Of a stretch of 64,000 bases of DNA, positions 13,150 to 28,100 are shown in pieces. The notes beneath the pieces are model-generated. The model did not search any database and had not been told where the DNA came from. It was given only the letters and a program-made list of their open reading frames with translations. The stretch comes from Auanema rhodensis. Taxonomy: Eukaryota; Animalia; Nematoda. The position numbers were made by a program, and so were the translations under genes. The DNA is taken from positions 2,542,001 through 2,606,000 of the forward strand of contig OZ059894.1 of assembly GCA_964057225.1 (NCBI GenBank), written 5' to 3'. Numbering within the stretch: the stretch's first letter is position 1; each line of letters opens with the position of its first letter.

Positions 13150-16100
13150 AATAATTTAGCAAAAAGTAGATGTTTTTAGATTCCTTTTTTCAAGGCGAAG
13201 ACGATGGACATTGTTATTCAACGAAAAAATTAATTCTTCAGGGTGAAAATCGAGGATATAAGTGTGATTTTATATCAGTTGATATCTCGGTGCATTTTTA
13301 AGCTAGCGCAAATCTGATAACACAGATCGACGCAGCTTAAAAATCCGCATCGAATGCACTATACTACATTGAGAAACGCTTAATACAAAAGTTAGTTATG
13401 ATCGTTTGAAAAATGATGCATTAGTGTATGTTGAGTTTCCATGTACACTCAACATTGCTTCCAAAAACATTTTGACAAAAATTTTTTCGAAAAATTTCAA
13501 AATAATTTAGCAGAAAGTAGATGTTTTTAGATTCATTTTGTCAAGGCGAAGACGATGGACATTGTTATTCAACGAAAAATTTAATTCTTCAGGGTGAAAA
13601 TCGAGGATATAAGTGTGAACTTATATCAGTTGATATCTCGGTGCATTTCTAAGCTAGCGCAAATCTGATAACACAGATCGACGCAGCTTAAAAATCCGCA
13701 TCGAATGCACTATACTACATTGAGAAACGCTTAATACAAAAATTAGTTATGATCGTTTGAAAAATGATGCATTAGTGTATGTTGAGTTTCCATGTACACT
13801 CAACATTGCTTCCAAAAACATTTTGACAAAAATTTTTTCGAAAAATTTCAAAATAATTTAGCAAAAAGTAGATGTTTTTAGATTCCTTTTTTCAAGGCGA
13901 AGACGATGGACATTGTTATTCAACGAAAAAATTAATTCTTCAGGGTGAAAATCGAGGATATAAGTGTGAACTTATATCAGTTGATATCTCGGTGCATTTT
14001 TAAGCTAGCGCAAATCTGATAACACAGATCGACGCAGCTTACAAATCCGCATCGAATGCACTATACTACATTGAGAAACGCCTAATACAAAAATTAGTTA
14101 TGATCGTTTGAAAAATGATGCATTAGTGTATGTTGAGTTTCCATGTACACTCAACATTGCTTCCAAAAACATTTTGACAAAAATTTTTTCGAAAAATTTC
14201 AAAATAATTTAGCAAAAAGTAGATGTTTTTAGATTCCTTTTTTCAAGGCAAAGACGATGGACATTGTTATTCAACGAAAAAATTAATTCTTCAGGGTGAA
14301 AATCGAGGATATAAGTGTGAACATATATCAGTTGATATCTCGGTGCATTTTTAAGCTAGCGCAAATCTGATAACACAGATCGACGCAGCTTACAAATCCG
14401 CATCGAATGCACTATACTACATTGAGAAACGCCTAATACAAAAATTAGTTATGATCGTTTGAAAAATGATGCATTAGTGTATGTTGAGTTTCCATGTACA
14501 CTCAACATTGCTTCCAAAAACATTTTGACAAAAATTTTTTCGAAAAATTTCAAAATAATTTAGCGAAAAGTAGATGTTTTTAGATTCCTTTTTTCAAGGC
14601 AAAGACGATGGACATTGTTATTCAACGAAAAAATTAATTCTTCAGGGTGAAAATCGAGGATATAAGTGTGAACATATATCAGTTGATATCTCGGTGCATT
14701 TTTAAGCTAGCGCAAATCTGATAACACAGATCGACGCAGCTTACAAATCCGCATCGAATGCACTATACTACATTAAGAAACGCCTAATACAAAAATTAGT
14801 TATGATCGTTTGAAAAATGATGCATTAGTGTATGTTGAGTTTCCATGTACACTCAACATTGCTTCCAAAAACATTTTGACAAAAATTTTTTCGAAAAATT
14901 TCAAAATAATTTAGCAAAAAGTAGATGTTTTTAGATTCCTTTTTTCAAGGCGAAGACGATGGACATTGTTATTCAACGAAAAAATTAATTCTTCAGGGTG
15001 AAAATCGAGGATATAAGTGTGATTTTATATCAGTTGATATCTCGGTGCATTTTTAAGCTAGCGCAAATCTGATAACACAGATCGACGCAGCTTAAAAATC
15101 CGCATCGAATGCACTATACTACATTGAGAAACGCTTAATACAAAAGTTAGTTATGATCGTTTGAAAAATGATGCATTAGTGTATGTTGAGTTTCCATGTA
15201 CACTCAACATTGCTTCCAAAAACATTTTGACAAAAATTTTTTCGAAAAATTTCAAAATAATTTAGCAGAAAGTAGATGTTTTTAGATTCATTTTGTCAAG
15301 GCGAAGACGATGGACATTGTTATTCAACGAAAAATTTAATTCTTCAGGGTGAAAATCGAGGATATAAGTGTGAACTTATATCAGTTGATATCTCGGTGCA
15401 TTTCTAAGCTAGCGCAAATCTGATAACACAGATCGACGCAGCTTGAAAATCCGCATCGAATGCACTATACTACATTGAGAAACGCTTAATACAAAAATTA
15501 GTTATGATCGTTTGAAAAATGATGCATTAGTGTATGTTGAGTTTCCATGTACACTCAACATTGCTTCCAAAAACATTTTGACAAAAATTTTTTCGAAAAA
15601 TTTCAAAATAATTTAGCAAAACGTAGATGTTTTTAGATTCCTTTTTTCAAGGCGAAGACGATGGACATTGTTATTCAACGAAAAAATTAATTCTTCAGGG
15701 TGAAAATCGAGGATATAAGTGTGATTTTATATCAGTTGATATCTCGGTGCATTTCTAAGCTAGCGCAAATCTGATAACACAGATCGACGCAGCTTAAAAA
15801 TCCGCATCGAATGCACTATACTACATTGAGAAACGCTTAATACAAAAATTAGTTATGATCGTTTGAAAAATGATGCATTAGTGTATGTTGAGTTTCCATG
15901 TACACTCAACATTGCTTCCAAAAACATTTTGACAAAAATTTTTTCGAAAAATTTCAAAATAATTTAGCAAAAAGTAGATGTTTTTAGATTCCTTTTTTCA
16001 AGGCGAAGACGATGGACATTGTTATTCAACGAAAAAATTAATTCTTCAGGGTGAAAATCGAGGATATAAGTGTGAACTTATATCAGTTGATATCTCGGTG

Positions 16101-19100
16101 CATTTTTAAGCTAGCGCAAATCTGATAACACAGATCGACGCAGCTTAAAAATCCGCATCGAATGCACTATACTACATTGAGAAACGCTTAATACAAAAAT
16201 TAGTTATGATCGTTTGAAAAATGATGCATTAGTGTATGTTGAGTTTCCATGTACACTCAACATTGCTTCCAAAAACATTTTGACAAAAATTTTTTCGAAA
16301 AATTTCAAAATAATTTAGCAAAAAGTAGATGTTTTTAGATACCTTTTTTTAAGGCAAAGACGATGGACATTGTTATTCAACGAAAAAATTATTTCTTCAG
16401 GGTGAAAATCGAGGATATAAGTGTGAACTTATATCAGTTGATATCTCGGTGCATTTTTAAGCTAGCGCAAATCTGATAACACAGATCGACGCAGCTTAAA
16501 AATCCGCATCGAATGCACTATTCTACATTGAGAAACGCTCAATACAAAAATTAGTTATGATCGTTTGGAAAATGATGCATTAGTGTATGTTGAGTTTCCA
16601 TGTACACTCAACATTGCTTCCAAAAACATTTTGACAAAAATTTTTTCGAAAAATTTCAAAATAATTTAGCAGAAAGTAGATGTTTTTAGATTCATTTTGT
16701 CAAGGCGAAGACGATGGACATTGTTATTCAACAAAAAATTTAATTCTTCAGGGTGAAAATCGAGGATATAAGTGTGAACTTATATCAGTTGATATCTCGG
16801 TGCATTTTTAAGCTAGCGCAAATCTGATAACACAGATCGACGCAGCTTACAAATCCGCATCGAATGCACTATACTACATTAAGAAACGCCTAATACAAAA
16901 ATTAGTTATGATCGTTTGAAAAATGATGCATTAGTGTATGTTGAGTTTCCATGTACACTCAACATTGCTTCCAAAAACATTTTGACAAAAATTTTTTCGA
17001 AAAATTTCAAAATAATTTAGCAAAAAGTAGATGTTTTTAGATTCCTTTTTTCAAGGCGAAGACGATGGACATTGTTATTCAACGAAAAAATTAATTCTTC
17101 AGGGTGAAAATCGAGGATATAAGTGTGAACTTATATCAGTTGATATCTCGGTGCATTTTTAAGCTAGCGCAAATCTGATAACACAGATCGACGCAGCTTA
17201 CAAATCCGCATCGAATGCACTATACTACATTGAGAAACGCCTAATACAAAAATTAGTTATGATCGTTTGAAAAATGATGCATTAGTGTATGTTGAGTTTC
17301 CATGTACACTCAACATTGCTTCCAAAAACATTTTGACAAAAATTTTTTCGAAAAATTTCAAAATAATTTAGCGAAAAGTAGATGTTTTTAGATTCCTTTT
17401 TTCAAGGCAAAGACGATGGACATTGTTATTCAACGAAAAAATTAATTCTTCAGGGTGAAAATCGAGGATATAAGTGTGAACATATATCAGTTGATATCTC
17501 GGTGCATTTTTAAGCTAGCGCAAATCTGATAACACAGATCGACGCAGCTTACAAATCCGCATCGAATGCACTATACTACATTGAGAAACGCCTAATACAA
17601 AAATTAGTTATGATCGTTTGAAAAATGATGCATTAGTGTATGTTGAGTTTCCATGTACACTCAACATTGCTTCCAAAAACATTTTGACAAAAATTTTTTC
17701 GAAAAATTTCAAAATAATTTAGCAAAAAGTAGATGTTTTTAGATTCCTTTTTTCAAGGCAAAGACGATGGACATTGTTATTCAACGAAAAAATTAATTCT
17801 TCAGGGTGAAAATCGAGGATATAAGTGTGAACATATATCAGTTGATATCTCGGTGCATTTTTAAGCTAGCGCAAATCTGATAACACAGATCGACGCAGCT
17901 TACAAATCCGCATCGAATGCACTATACTACATTGAGAAACGCTTAATACAAAAATTAGTTATGATCGTTTGAAAAATGATGCATTAGTGTATGTTGAGTT
18001 TCCATGTACACTCAACATTGCTTCCAAAAACATTTTGACAAAAATTTTTTCGAAAAATTTCAAAATAATTTAGCAAAAAGTAGATGTTTTTAGATTCCTT
18101 TTTTCAAGGCGAAGACGATGGACATTGTTATTCAACGAAAAAATTAATTCTTCAGGGTGAAAATCGAGGATATAAGTGTGATTTTATATCAGTTGATATC
18201 TCGGTGCATTTTTAAGCTAGCGCAAATCTGATAACACAGATCGACGCAGCTTAAAAATCCGCATCGAATGCACTATACTACATTGAGAAACGCTTAATAC
18301 AAAAGTTAGTTATGATCGTTTGAAAAATGATGCATTAGTGTATGTTGAGTTTCCATGTACACTCAACATTGCTTCCAAAAACATTTTGACAAAAATTTTT
18401 TCGAAAAATTTCAAAATAATTTAGCAGAAAGTAGATGTTTTTAGATTCATTTTGTCAAGGCGAAGACGATGGACATTGTTATTCAACGAAAAATTTAATT
18501 CTTCAGGGTGAAAATCGAGGATATAAGTGTGAACTTATATCAGTTGATATCTCGGTGCATTTCTAAGCTAGCGCAAATCTGATAACACAGATCGACGCAG
18601 CTTAAAAATCCGCATCGAATGCACTATACTACATTGAGAAACGCTTAATACAAAAATTAGTTATGATCGTTTGAAAAATGATGCATTAGTGTATGTTGAG
18701 TTTCCATGTACACTCAACATTGCTTCCAAAAACATTTTGACAAAAATTTTTTCGAAAAATTTCAAAATAATTTAGCAAAAAGTAGATGTTTTTAGATTCC
18801 TTTTTTCAAGGCGAAGACGATGGACATTGTTATTCAACGAAAAAATTAATTCTTCAGGGTGAAAATCGAGGATATAAGTGTGAACTTATATCAGTTGATA
18901 TCTCGGTGCATTTTTAAGCTAGCGCAAATCTGATAACACAGATCGACGCAGCTTACAAATCCGCATCGAATGCACTATACTACATTGAGAAACGCCTAAT
19001 ACAAAAATTAGTTATGATCGTTTGAAAAATGATGCATTAGTGTATGTTGAGTTTCCATGTACACTCAACATTGCTTCCAAAAACATTTTGACAAAAATTT

Positions 19101-22100
19101 TTTCGAAAAATTTCAAAATAATTTAGCAAAAAGTAGATGTTTTTAGATTCCTTTTTTCAAGGCAAAGACGATGGACATTGTTATTCAACGAAAAAATTAA
19201 TTCTTCAGGGTGAAAATCGAGGATATAAGTGTGAACATATATCAGTTGATATCTCGGTGCATTTTTAAGCTAGCGCAAATCTGATAACACAGATCGACGC
19301 AGCTTACAAATCCGCATCGAATGCACTATACTACATTGAGAAACGCCTAATACAAAAATTAGTTATGATCGTTTGAAAAATGATGCATTAGTGTATGTTG
19401 AGTTTCCATGTACACTCAACATTGCTTCCAAAAACATTTTGACAAAAATTTTTTCGAAAAATTTCAAAATAATTTAGCGAAAAGTAGATGTTTTTAGATT
19501 CCTTTTTTCAAGGCAAAGACGATGGACATTGTTATTCAACGAAAAAATTAATTCTTCAGGGTGAAAATCGAGGATATAAGTGTGAACATATATCAGTTGA
19601 TATCTCGGTGCATTTTTAAGCTAGCGCAAATCTGATAACACAGATCGACGCAGCTTACAAATCCGCATCGAATGCACTATACTACATTAAGAAACGCCTA
19701 ATACAAAAATTAGTTATGATCGTTTGAAAAATGATGCATTAGTGTATGTTGAGTTTCCATGTACACTCAACATTGCTTCCAAAAACATTTTGACAAAAAT
19801 TTTTTCGAAAAATTTCAAAATAATTTAGCAAAAAGTAGATGTTTTTAGATTCCTTTTTTCAAGGCGAAGACGATGGACATTGTTATTCAACGAAAAAATT
19901 AATTCTTCAGGGTGAAAATCGAGGATATAAGTGTGATTTTATATCAGTTGATATCTCGGTGCATTTTTAAGCTAGCGCAAATCTGATAACACAGATCGAC
20001 GCAGCTTAAAAATCCGCATCGAATGCACTATACTACATTGAGAAACGCTTAATACAAAAGTTAGTTATGATCGTTTGAAAAATGATGCATTAGTGTATGT
20101 TGAGTTTCCATGTACACTCAACATTGCTTCCAAAAACATTTTGACAAAAATTTTTTCGAAAAATTTCAAAATAATTTAGCAGAAAGTAGATGTTTTTAGA
20201 TTCATTTTGTCAAGGCGAAGACGATGGACATTGTTATTCAACGAAAAATTTAATTCTTCAGGGTGAAAATCGAGGATATAAGTGTGAACTTATATCAGTT
20301 GATATCTCGGTGCATTTCTAAGCTAGCGCAAATCTGATAACACAGATCGACGCAGCTTGAAAATCCGCATCGAATGCACTATACTACATTGAGAAACGCT
20401 TAATACAAAAATTAGTTATGATCGTTTGAAAAATGATGCATTAGTGTATGTTGAGTTTCCATGTACACTCAACATTGCTTCCAAAAACATTTTGACAAAA
20501 ATTTTTTCGAAAAATTTCAAAATAATTTAGCAAAACGTAGATGTTTTTAGATTCCTTTTTTCAAGGCGAAGACGATGGACATTGTTATTCAACGAAAAAA
20601 TTAATTCTTCAGGGTGAAAATCGAGGATATAAGTGTGATTTTATATCAGTTGATATCTCGGTGCATTTCTAAGCTAGCGCAAATCTGATAACACAGATCG
20701 ACGCAGCTTAAAAATCCGCATCGAATGCACTATACTACATTGAGAAACGCTTAATACAAAAATTAGTTATGATCGTTTGAAAAATGATGCATTAGTGTAT
20801 GTTGAGTTTCCATGTACACTCAACATTGCTTCCAAAAACATTTTGACAAAAATTTTTTCGAAAAATTTCAAAATAATTTAGCAAAAAGTAGATGTTTTTA
20901 GATTCCTTTTTTCAAGGCGAAGACGATGGACATTGTTATTCAACGAAAAAATTAATTCTTCAGGGTGAAAATCGAGGATATAAGTGTGAACTTATAGCAG
21001 TTGATATCTCGGTGCATTTTTAAGCTAGCGCAAATCTGATAACACAGATCGACGCAGCTTAAAAATCCGCATCGAATGCACTATACTACATTGAGAAACG
21101 CTTAATACAAAAATTAGTTATGATCGTTTGAAAAATGATGCATTAGTGTATGTTGAGTTTCCATGTACACTCAACATTGCTTCCAAAAACATTTTGACAA
21201 AAATTTTTTCGAAAAATTTCAAAATAATTTAGCAAAAAGTAGATGTTTTTAGATACCTTTTTTTAAGGCAAAGACGATGGACATTGTTATTCAACGAAAA
21301 AATTATTTCTTCAGGGTGAAAATCGAGGATATAAGTGTGAACTTATATCAGTTGATATCTCGGTGCATTTTTAAGCTAGCGCAAATCTGATAACACAGAT
21401 CGACGCAGCTTAAAAATCCGCATCGAATGCACTATTCTACATTGAGAAACGCTCAATACAAAAATTAGTTATGATCGTTTGGAAAATGATGCATTAGTGT
21501 ATGTTGAGTTTCCATGTACACTCAACATTGCTTCCAAAAACATTTTGACAAAAATTTTTTCGAAAAATTTCAAAATAATTTAGCAGAAAGTAGATGTTTT
21601 TAGATTCATTTTGTCAAGGCGAAGACGATGGACATTGTTATTCAACAAAAAAAATTTAATTCTTCAGGGTGAAAATCGAGGATATAAGTGTGAACTTATA
21701 TCAGTTGATATCTCGGTGCATTTTTAAGCTAGCGCAAATCTGATAACACAGATCGACGCAGCTAAAAAATCCGCATCGAATGCACTATACTACATTGAGA
21801 AACGCTTAATACAAAAATTAGTTATGATCGTTTGAAAAATGATGCATTAGTGTATGTTGAGTTTCCATGTACACTCAACATTGCTTCCAAAAACATTTTG
21901 ACAAAAATTTTTTCGAAAAATTTCAGAATAATTTAGCAAAAAGTAGATGTTTTTAGATTCCTTTTTTCAAGGCGAAGACGATGGACATTGTTATTCAACG
22001 AAAAAATTAATTCTTCAGGGTGAAAATCGAGGATATAAGTGTGATTTTATATCAGTTGATATCTCGGTGCATTTTTAAGCTAGCGCAAATCTGATAACAC

Positions 22101-25100
22101 AGATCGACGCAGCTTAAAAATCCGCATCGAATGCACTATACTACATTGAGAAACGCTTAATACAAAAATTAGTTATGATCGTTTGAAAAATGATGCATTA
22201 GTGTATGTTGAGTTTCCATGTACACTCAACATTGCTTCCAAAAACATTTTGACAAAAATTTTTTCGAAAAATTTCAAAATAATTTAGCAAAAAGTAGATG
22301 TTTTTAGTTTCCTTTTTTCAAGGCGAAGACGATGGACATTGTTATTCAACGAAAAAATTAATTCTTCAGGGTGAAAATCGAGGATATAAGTGTGAACTTA
22401 TATCAGTTGATATCTCGGTGCATTTTTAAGCTAGCGCAAATCTGATAGCACAGATCGACGCAGCTTAAAAATCCGCATCGAATGCACTATACTACATTGA
22501 GAAACGCCTAATACAAAAATTAGTTATGATCGTTTGAAAAATGATGCATTAGTGTATGTTGAGTTTCCATGTACACTCAACATTGCTTCCAAAAACATTT
22601 TGACAAAAATTTTTTCGAAAAATTTCAATATAATTTAGCAAAAAGTAGATGTTTTTAGATTCCTTTTTTCAAGGCAAAGACGATGGACATTGTTATTCAA
22701 CGAAAAAATTAATTCTTCAGGGTGAAAATCGAGGATATAAGTGTTAACATATATCAGTTGATATCTCGGTGCATTTTTAAGCTAGCGCAAATCTGATAAC
22801 ACAGATCGACGCAGCTTAAAAATCCGCATCGAATGCACTATACCACATTGAGAAACGCTCAATACAAAAATTAGTTATGATCGTTTGAAAAATGATGCAT
22901 TAGTGTATGTTGAGTTTCCATGTACACTCAACATTGCTTCCAAAAACATTTTGACAAAAATTTTTTCGAAAAATTTCAAAATAATTTAGCAAAAAGTAGA
23001 TGTTTTTAGATTCCTTTTTTCAAGGCGAAGACGATGGACATTGTTATTCAACGAAAAAATTAATTCTTCAGGGTGAAAATCGAGGATATAAGTGTGAACT
23101 TATATCAGTTGATATCTCGGTGCATTTTTAAGCTAGCGCAAATCTGATAACACAGATCGACGCAGCTTACAAATCCGCATCGAATGCACTATACTACATT
23201 GAGAAACGCCTAATACAAAAATTAGTTATGATCGTTTGAAAAATGATGCATTAGTGTATGTTGAGTTTCCATGTACACTCAACATTGCTTCCAAAAACAT
23301 TTTGACAAAAATTTTTTCGAAAAATTTCAAAATAATTTAGCGAAAAGTAGATGTTTTTAGATTCCTTTTTTCAAGGCAAAGACGATGGACATTGTTATTC
23401 GACGAAAAAATTAATTCTTCAGGGTGAAAATCGAGGATATATGTGTGAACATATATCAGTTGATATCTCGGTGCATTTTTAAGCTAGCGCAAATCTGATA
23501 ACACAGATCGACGCAGCTTACAAATCCGCATCGAATGCACTATACTACATTAAGAAACGCCTAATACAAAAATTAGTTATGATCGTTTGAAAAATGATGC
23601 ATTAGTGTATGTTGAGTTTCCATGTACACTCAACATTGCTTCCAAAAACATTTTGACAAAAATTTTTTCGAAAAATTTCAAAATAATTTAGCAAAAAGTA
23701 GATGTTTTTAGATTCCTTTTTTCAAGGCAAAGACGATGGACATTGTTATTCAACGAAAAAATTAATTCTTCAGGGTGAAAATCGAGGATATAAGTGTGAA
23801 CTTATATCAGTTGATATCTCGGTGCATTTTTAAGCTAGCGCAAATCTGATAACACAGATCGACGCAGCTTAAAAATCCGCATCGAATGCACTATACTACA
23901 TTGAGAAACGCTTAATACAAAAATTAGTTATGATCGTTTGAAAAATGATGCATTAGTGTATGTTGAGTTTCCATGTACACTCAACATTGCTTCCAAAAAC
24001 ATTTTGACAAAAATTTTTTCGAAAAATTTCAAAATAATTTAGCAAAAAGTAGATGTTTTTAGATTTCTTTTTTCAAGGCGAAGACGATGGACATTGTTAT
24101 TCAACGAAAAAATTAATTCTTCAGGGTGAAAATCGAGGATATAAGTGTGATTTTATATCAGTTGATATCTCGGTGCATTTTTAAGCTAGCGCAAATCTGA
24201 TAACACAGATCGACGCAGCTTAAAAATCCGCATCGAATGCACTATACTACATTGAGAAACGCTTAATACAAAAGTTAGTTATGATCGTTTGAAAAATGAT
24301 GCATTAGTGTATGTTGAGTTTCCATGTACACTCAACATTGCTTCCAAAAACATTTTGACAAAAATTTTTTCGAAAAATTTCAAAATAATTTAGCAGAAAG
24401 TAGATGTTTTTAGATTCATTTTGTCAAGGCGAAGACGATGGACATTGTTATTCAACGAAAAATTTAATTCTTCAGGGTGAAAATCGAGGATATAAGTGTG
24501 AACTTATATCAGTTGATATCTCGGTGCATTTCTAAGCTAGCGCAAATCTGATAACACAGATCGACGCAGCTTAAAAATCCGCATCGAATGCACTATACTA
24601 CATTGAGAAACGCTTAATACAAAAATTAGTTATGATCGTTTGAAAAATGATGCATTAGTGTATGTTGAGTTTCCATGTACACTCAACATTGCTTCCAAAA
24701 ACATTTTGACAAAAATTTTTTCGAAAAATTTCAAAATAATTTAGCAAAAAGTAGATGTTTTTAGATTCCTTTTTTCAAGGCGAAGACGATGGACATTGTT
24801 ATTCAACGAAAAAATTAATTCTTCAGGGTGAAAATCGAGGATATAAGTGTGAACTTATATCAGTTGATATCTCGGTGCATTTTTAAGCTAGCGCAAATCT
24901 GATAACACAGATCGACGCAGCTTACAAATCCGCATCGAATGCACTATACTACATTGAGAAACGCCTAATACAAAAATTAGTTATGATCGTTTGAAAAATG
25001 ATGCATTAGTGTATGTTGAGTTTCCATGTACACTCAACATTGCTTCCAAAAACATTTTGACAAAAATTTTTTCGAAAAATTTCAAAATAATTTAGCAAAA

Positions 25101-28100
25101 AGTAGATGTTTTTAGATTCCTTTTTTCAAGGCAAAGACGATGGACATTGTTATTCAACGAAAAAATTAATTCTTCAGGGTGAAAATCGAGGATATAAGTG
25201 TGAACATATATCAGTTGATATCTCGGTGCATTTTTAAGCTAGCGCAAATCTGATAACACAGATCGACGCAGCTTACAAATCCGCATCGAATGCACTATAC
25301 TACATTGAGAAACGCCTAATACAAAAATTAGTTATGATCGTTTGAAAAATGATGCATTAGTGTATGTTGAGTTTCCATGTACACTCAACATTGCTTCCAA
25401 AAACATTTTGACAAAAATTTTTTCGAAAAATTTCAAAATAATTTAGCGAAAAGTAGATGTTTTTAGATTCCTTTTTTCAAGGCAAAGACGATGGACATTG
25501 TTATTCAACGAAAAAATTAATTCTTCAGGGTGAAAATCGAGGATATAAGTGTGAACATATATCAGTTGATATCTCGGTGCATTTTTAAGCTAGCGCAAAT
25601 CTGATAACACAGATCGACGCAGCTTACAAATCCGCATCGAATGCACTATACTACATTAAGAAACGCCTAATACAAAAATTAGTTATGATCGTTTGAAAAA
25701 TGATGCATTAGTGTATGTTGAGTTTCCATGTACACTCAACATTGCTTCCAAAAACATTTTGACAAAAATTTTTTCGAAAAATTTCAAAATAATTTAGCAA
25801 AAAGTAGATGTTTTTAGATTCCTTTTTTCAAGGCGAAGACGATGGACATTGTTATTCAACGAAAAAATTAATTCTTCAGGGTGAAAATCGAGGATATAAG
25901 TGTGATTTTATATCAGTTGATATCTCGGTGCATTTTTAAGCTAGCGCAAATCTGATAACACAGATCGACGCAGCTTAAAAATCCGCATCGAATGCACTAT
26001 ACTACATTGAGAAACGCTTAATACAAAAGTTAGTTATGATCGTTTGAAAAATGATGCATTAGTGTATGTTGAGTTTCCATGTACACTCAACATTGCTTCC
26101 AAAAACATTTTGACAAAAATTTTTTCGAAAAATTTCAAAATAATTTAGCAGAAAGTAGATGTTTTTAGATTCATTTTGTCAAGGCGAAGACGATGGACAT
26201 TGTTATTCAACGAAAAATTTAATTCTTCAGGGTGAAAATCGAGGATATAAGTGTGAACTTATATCAGTTGATATCTCGGTGCATTTCTAAGCTAGCGCAA
26301 ATCTGATAACACAGATCGACGCAGCTTGAAAATCCGCATCGAATGCACTATACTACATTGAGAAACGCTTAATACAAAAATTAGTTATGATCGTTTGAAA
26401 AATGATGCATTAGTGTATGTTGAGTTTCCATGTACACTCAACATTGCTTCCAAAAACATTTTGACAAAAATTTTTTCGAAAAATTTCAAAATAATTTAGC
26501 AAAACGTAGATGTTTTTAGATTCCTTTTTTCAAGGCGAAGACGATGGACATTGTTATTCAACGAAAAAATTAATTCTTCAGGGTGAAAATCGAGGATATA
26601 AGTGTGATTTTATATCAGTTGATATCTCGGTGCATTTCTAAGCTAGCGCAAATCTGATAACACAGATCGACGCAGCTTAAAAATCCGCATCGAATGCACT
26701 ATACTACATTGAGAAACGCTTAATACAAAAATTAGTTATGATCGTTTGAAAAATGATGCATTAGTGTATGTTGAGTTTCCATGTACACTCAACATTGCTT
26801 CCAAAAACATTTTGACAAAAATTTTTTCGAAAAATTTCAAAATAATTTAGCAAAAAGTAGATGTTTTTAGATTCCTTTTTTCAAGGCGAAGACGATGGAC
26901 ATTGTTATTCAACGAAAAAATTAATTCTTCAGGGTGAAAATCGAGGATATAAGTGTGAACTTATATCAGTTGATATCTCGGTGCATTTTTAAGCTAGCGC
27001 AAATCTGATAACACAGATCGACGCAGCTTAAAAATCCGCATCGAATGCACTATACTACATTGAGAAACGCTTAATACAAAAATTAGTTATGATCGTTTGA
27101 AAAATGATGCATTAGTGTATGTTGAGTTTCCATGTACACTCAACATTGCTTCCAAAAACATTTTGACAAAAATTTTTTCGAAAAATTTCAAAATAATTTA
27201 GCAAAAAGTAGATGTTTTTAGATACCTTTTTTTAAGGCAAAGACGATGGACATTGTTATTCAACGAAAAAATTATTTCTTCAGGGTGAAAATCGAGGATA
27301 TAAGTGTGAACTTATATCAGTTGATATCTCGGTGCATTTTTAAGCTAGCGCAAATCTGATAACACAGATCGACGCAGCTTAAAAATCCGCATCGAATGCA
27401 CTATTCTACATTGAGAAACGCTCAATACAAAAATTAGTTATGATCGTTTGGAAAATGATGCATTAGTGTATGTTGAGTTTCCATGTACACTCAACATTGC
27501 TTCCAAAAACATTTTGACAAAAATTTTTTCGAAAAATTTCAAAATAATTTAGCAGAAAGTAGATGTTTTTAGATTCATTTTGTCAAGGCGAAGACGATGG
27601 ACATTGTTATTCAACAAAAAATTTAATTCTTCAGGGTGAAAATCGAGGATATAAGTGTGAACTTATATCAGTTGATATCTCGGTGCATTTTTAAGCTAGC
27701 GCAAATCTGATAACACAGATCGACGCAGCTAAAAAATCCGCATCGAATGCACTATACTACATTGAGAAACGCTTAATACAAAAATTAGTTATGATCGTTT
27801 GAAAAATGATGCATTAGTGTATGTTGAGTTTCCATGTACACTCAACATTGCTTCCAAAAACATTTTGACAAAAATTTTTTCGAAAAATTTCAGAATAATT
27901 TAGCAAAAAGTAGATGTTTTTAGATTCCTTTTTTCAAGGCGAAGACGATGGACATTGTTATTCAACGAAAAAATTAATTCTTCAGGGTGAAAATCGAGGA
28001 TATAAGTGTGATTTTATATCAGTTGATATCTCGGTGCATTTTTAAGCTAGCGCAAATCTGATAACACAGATCGACGCAGCTTAAAAATCCGCATCGAATG

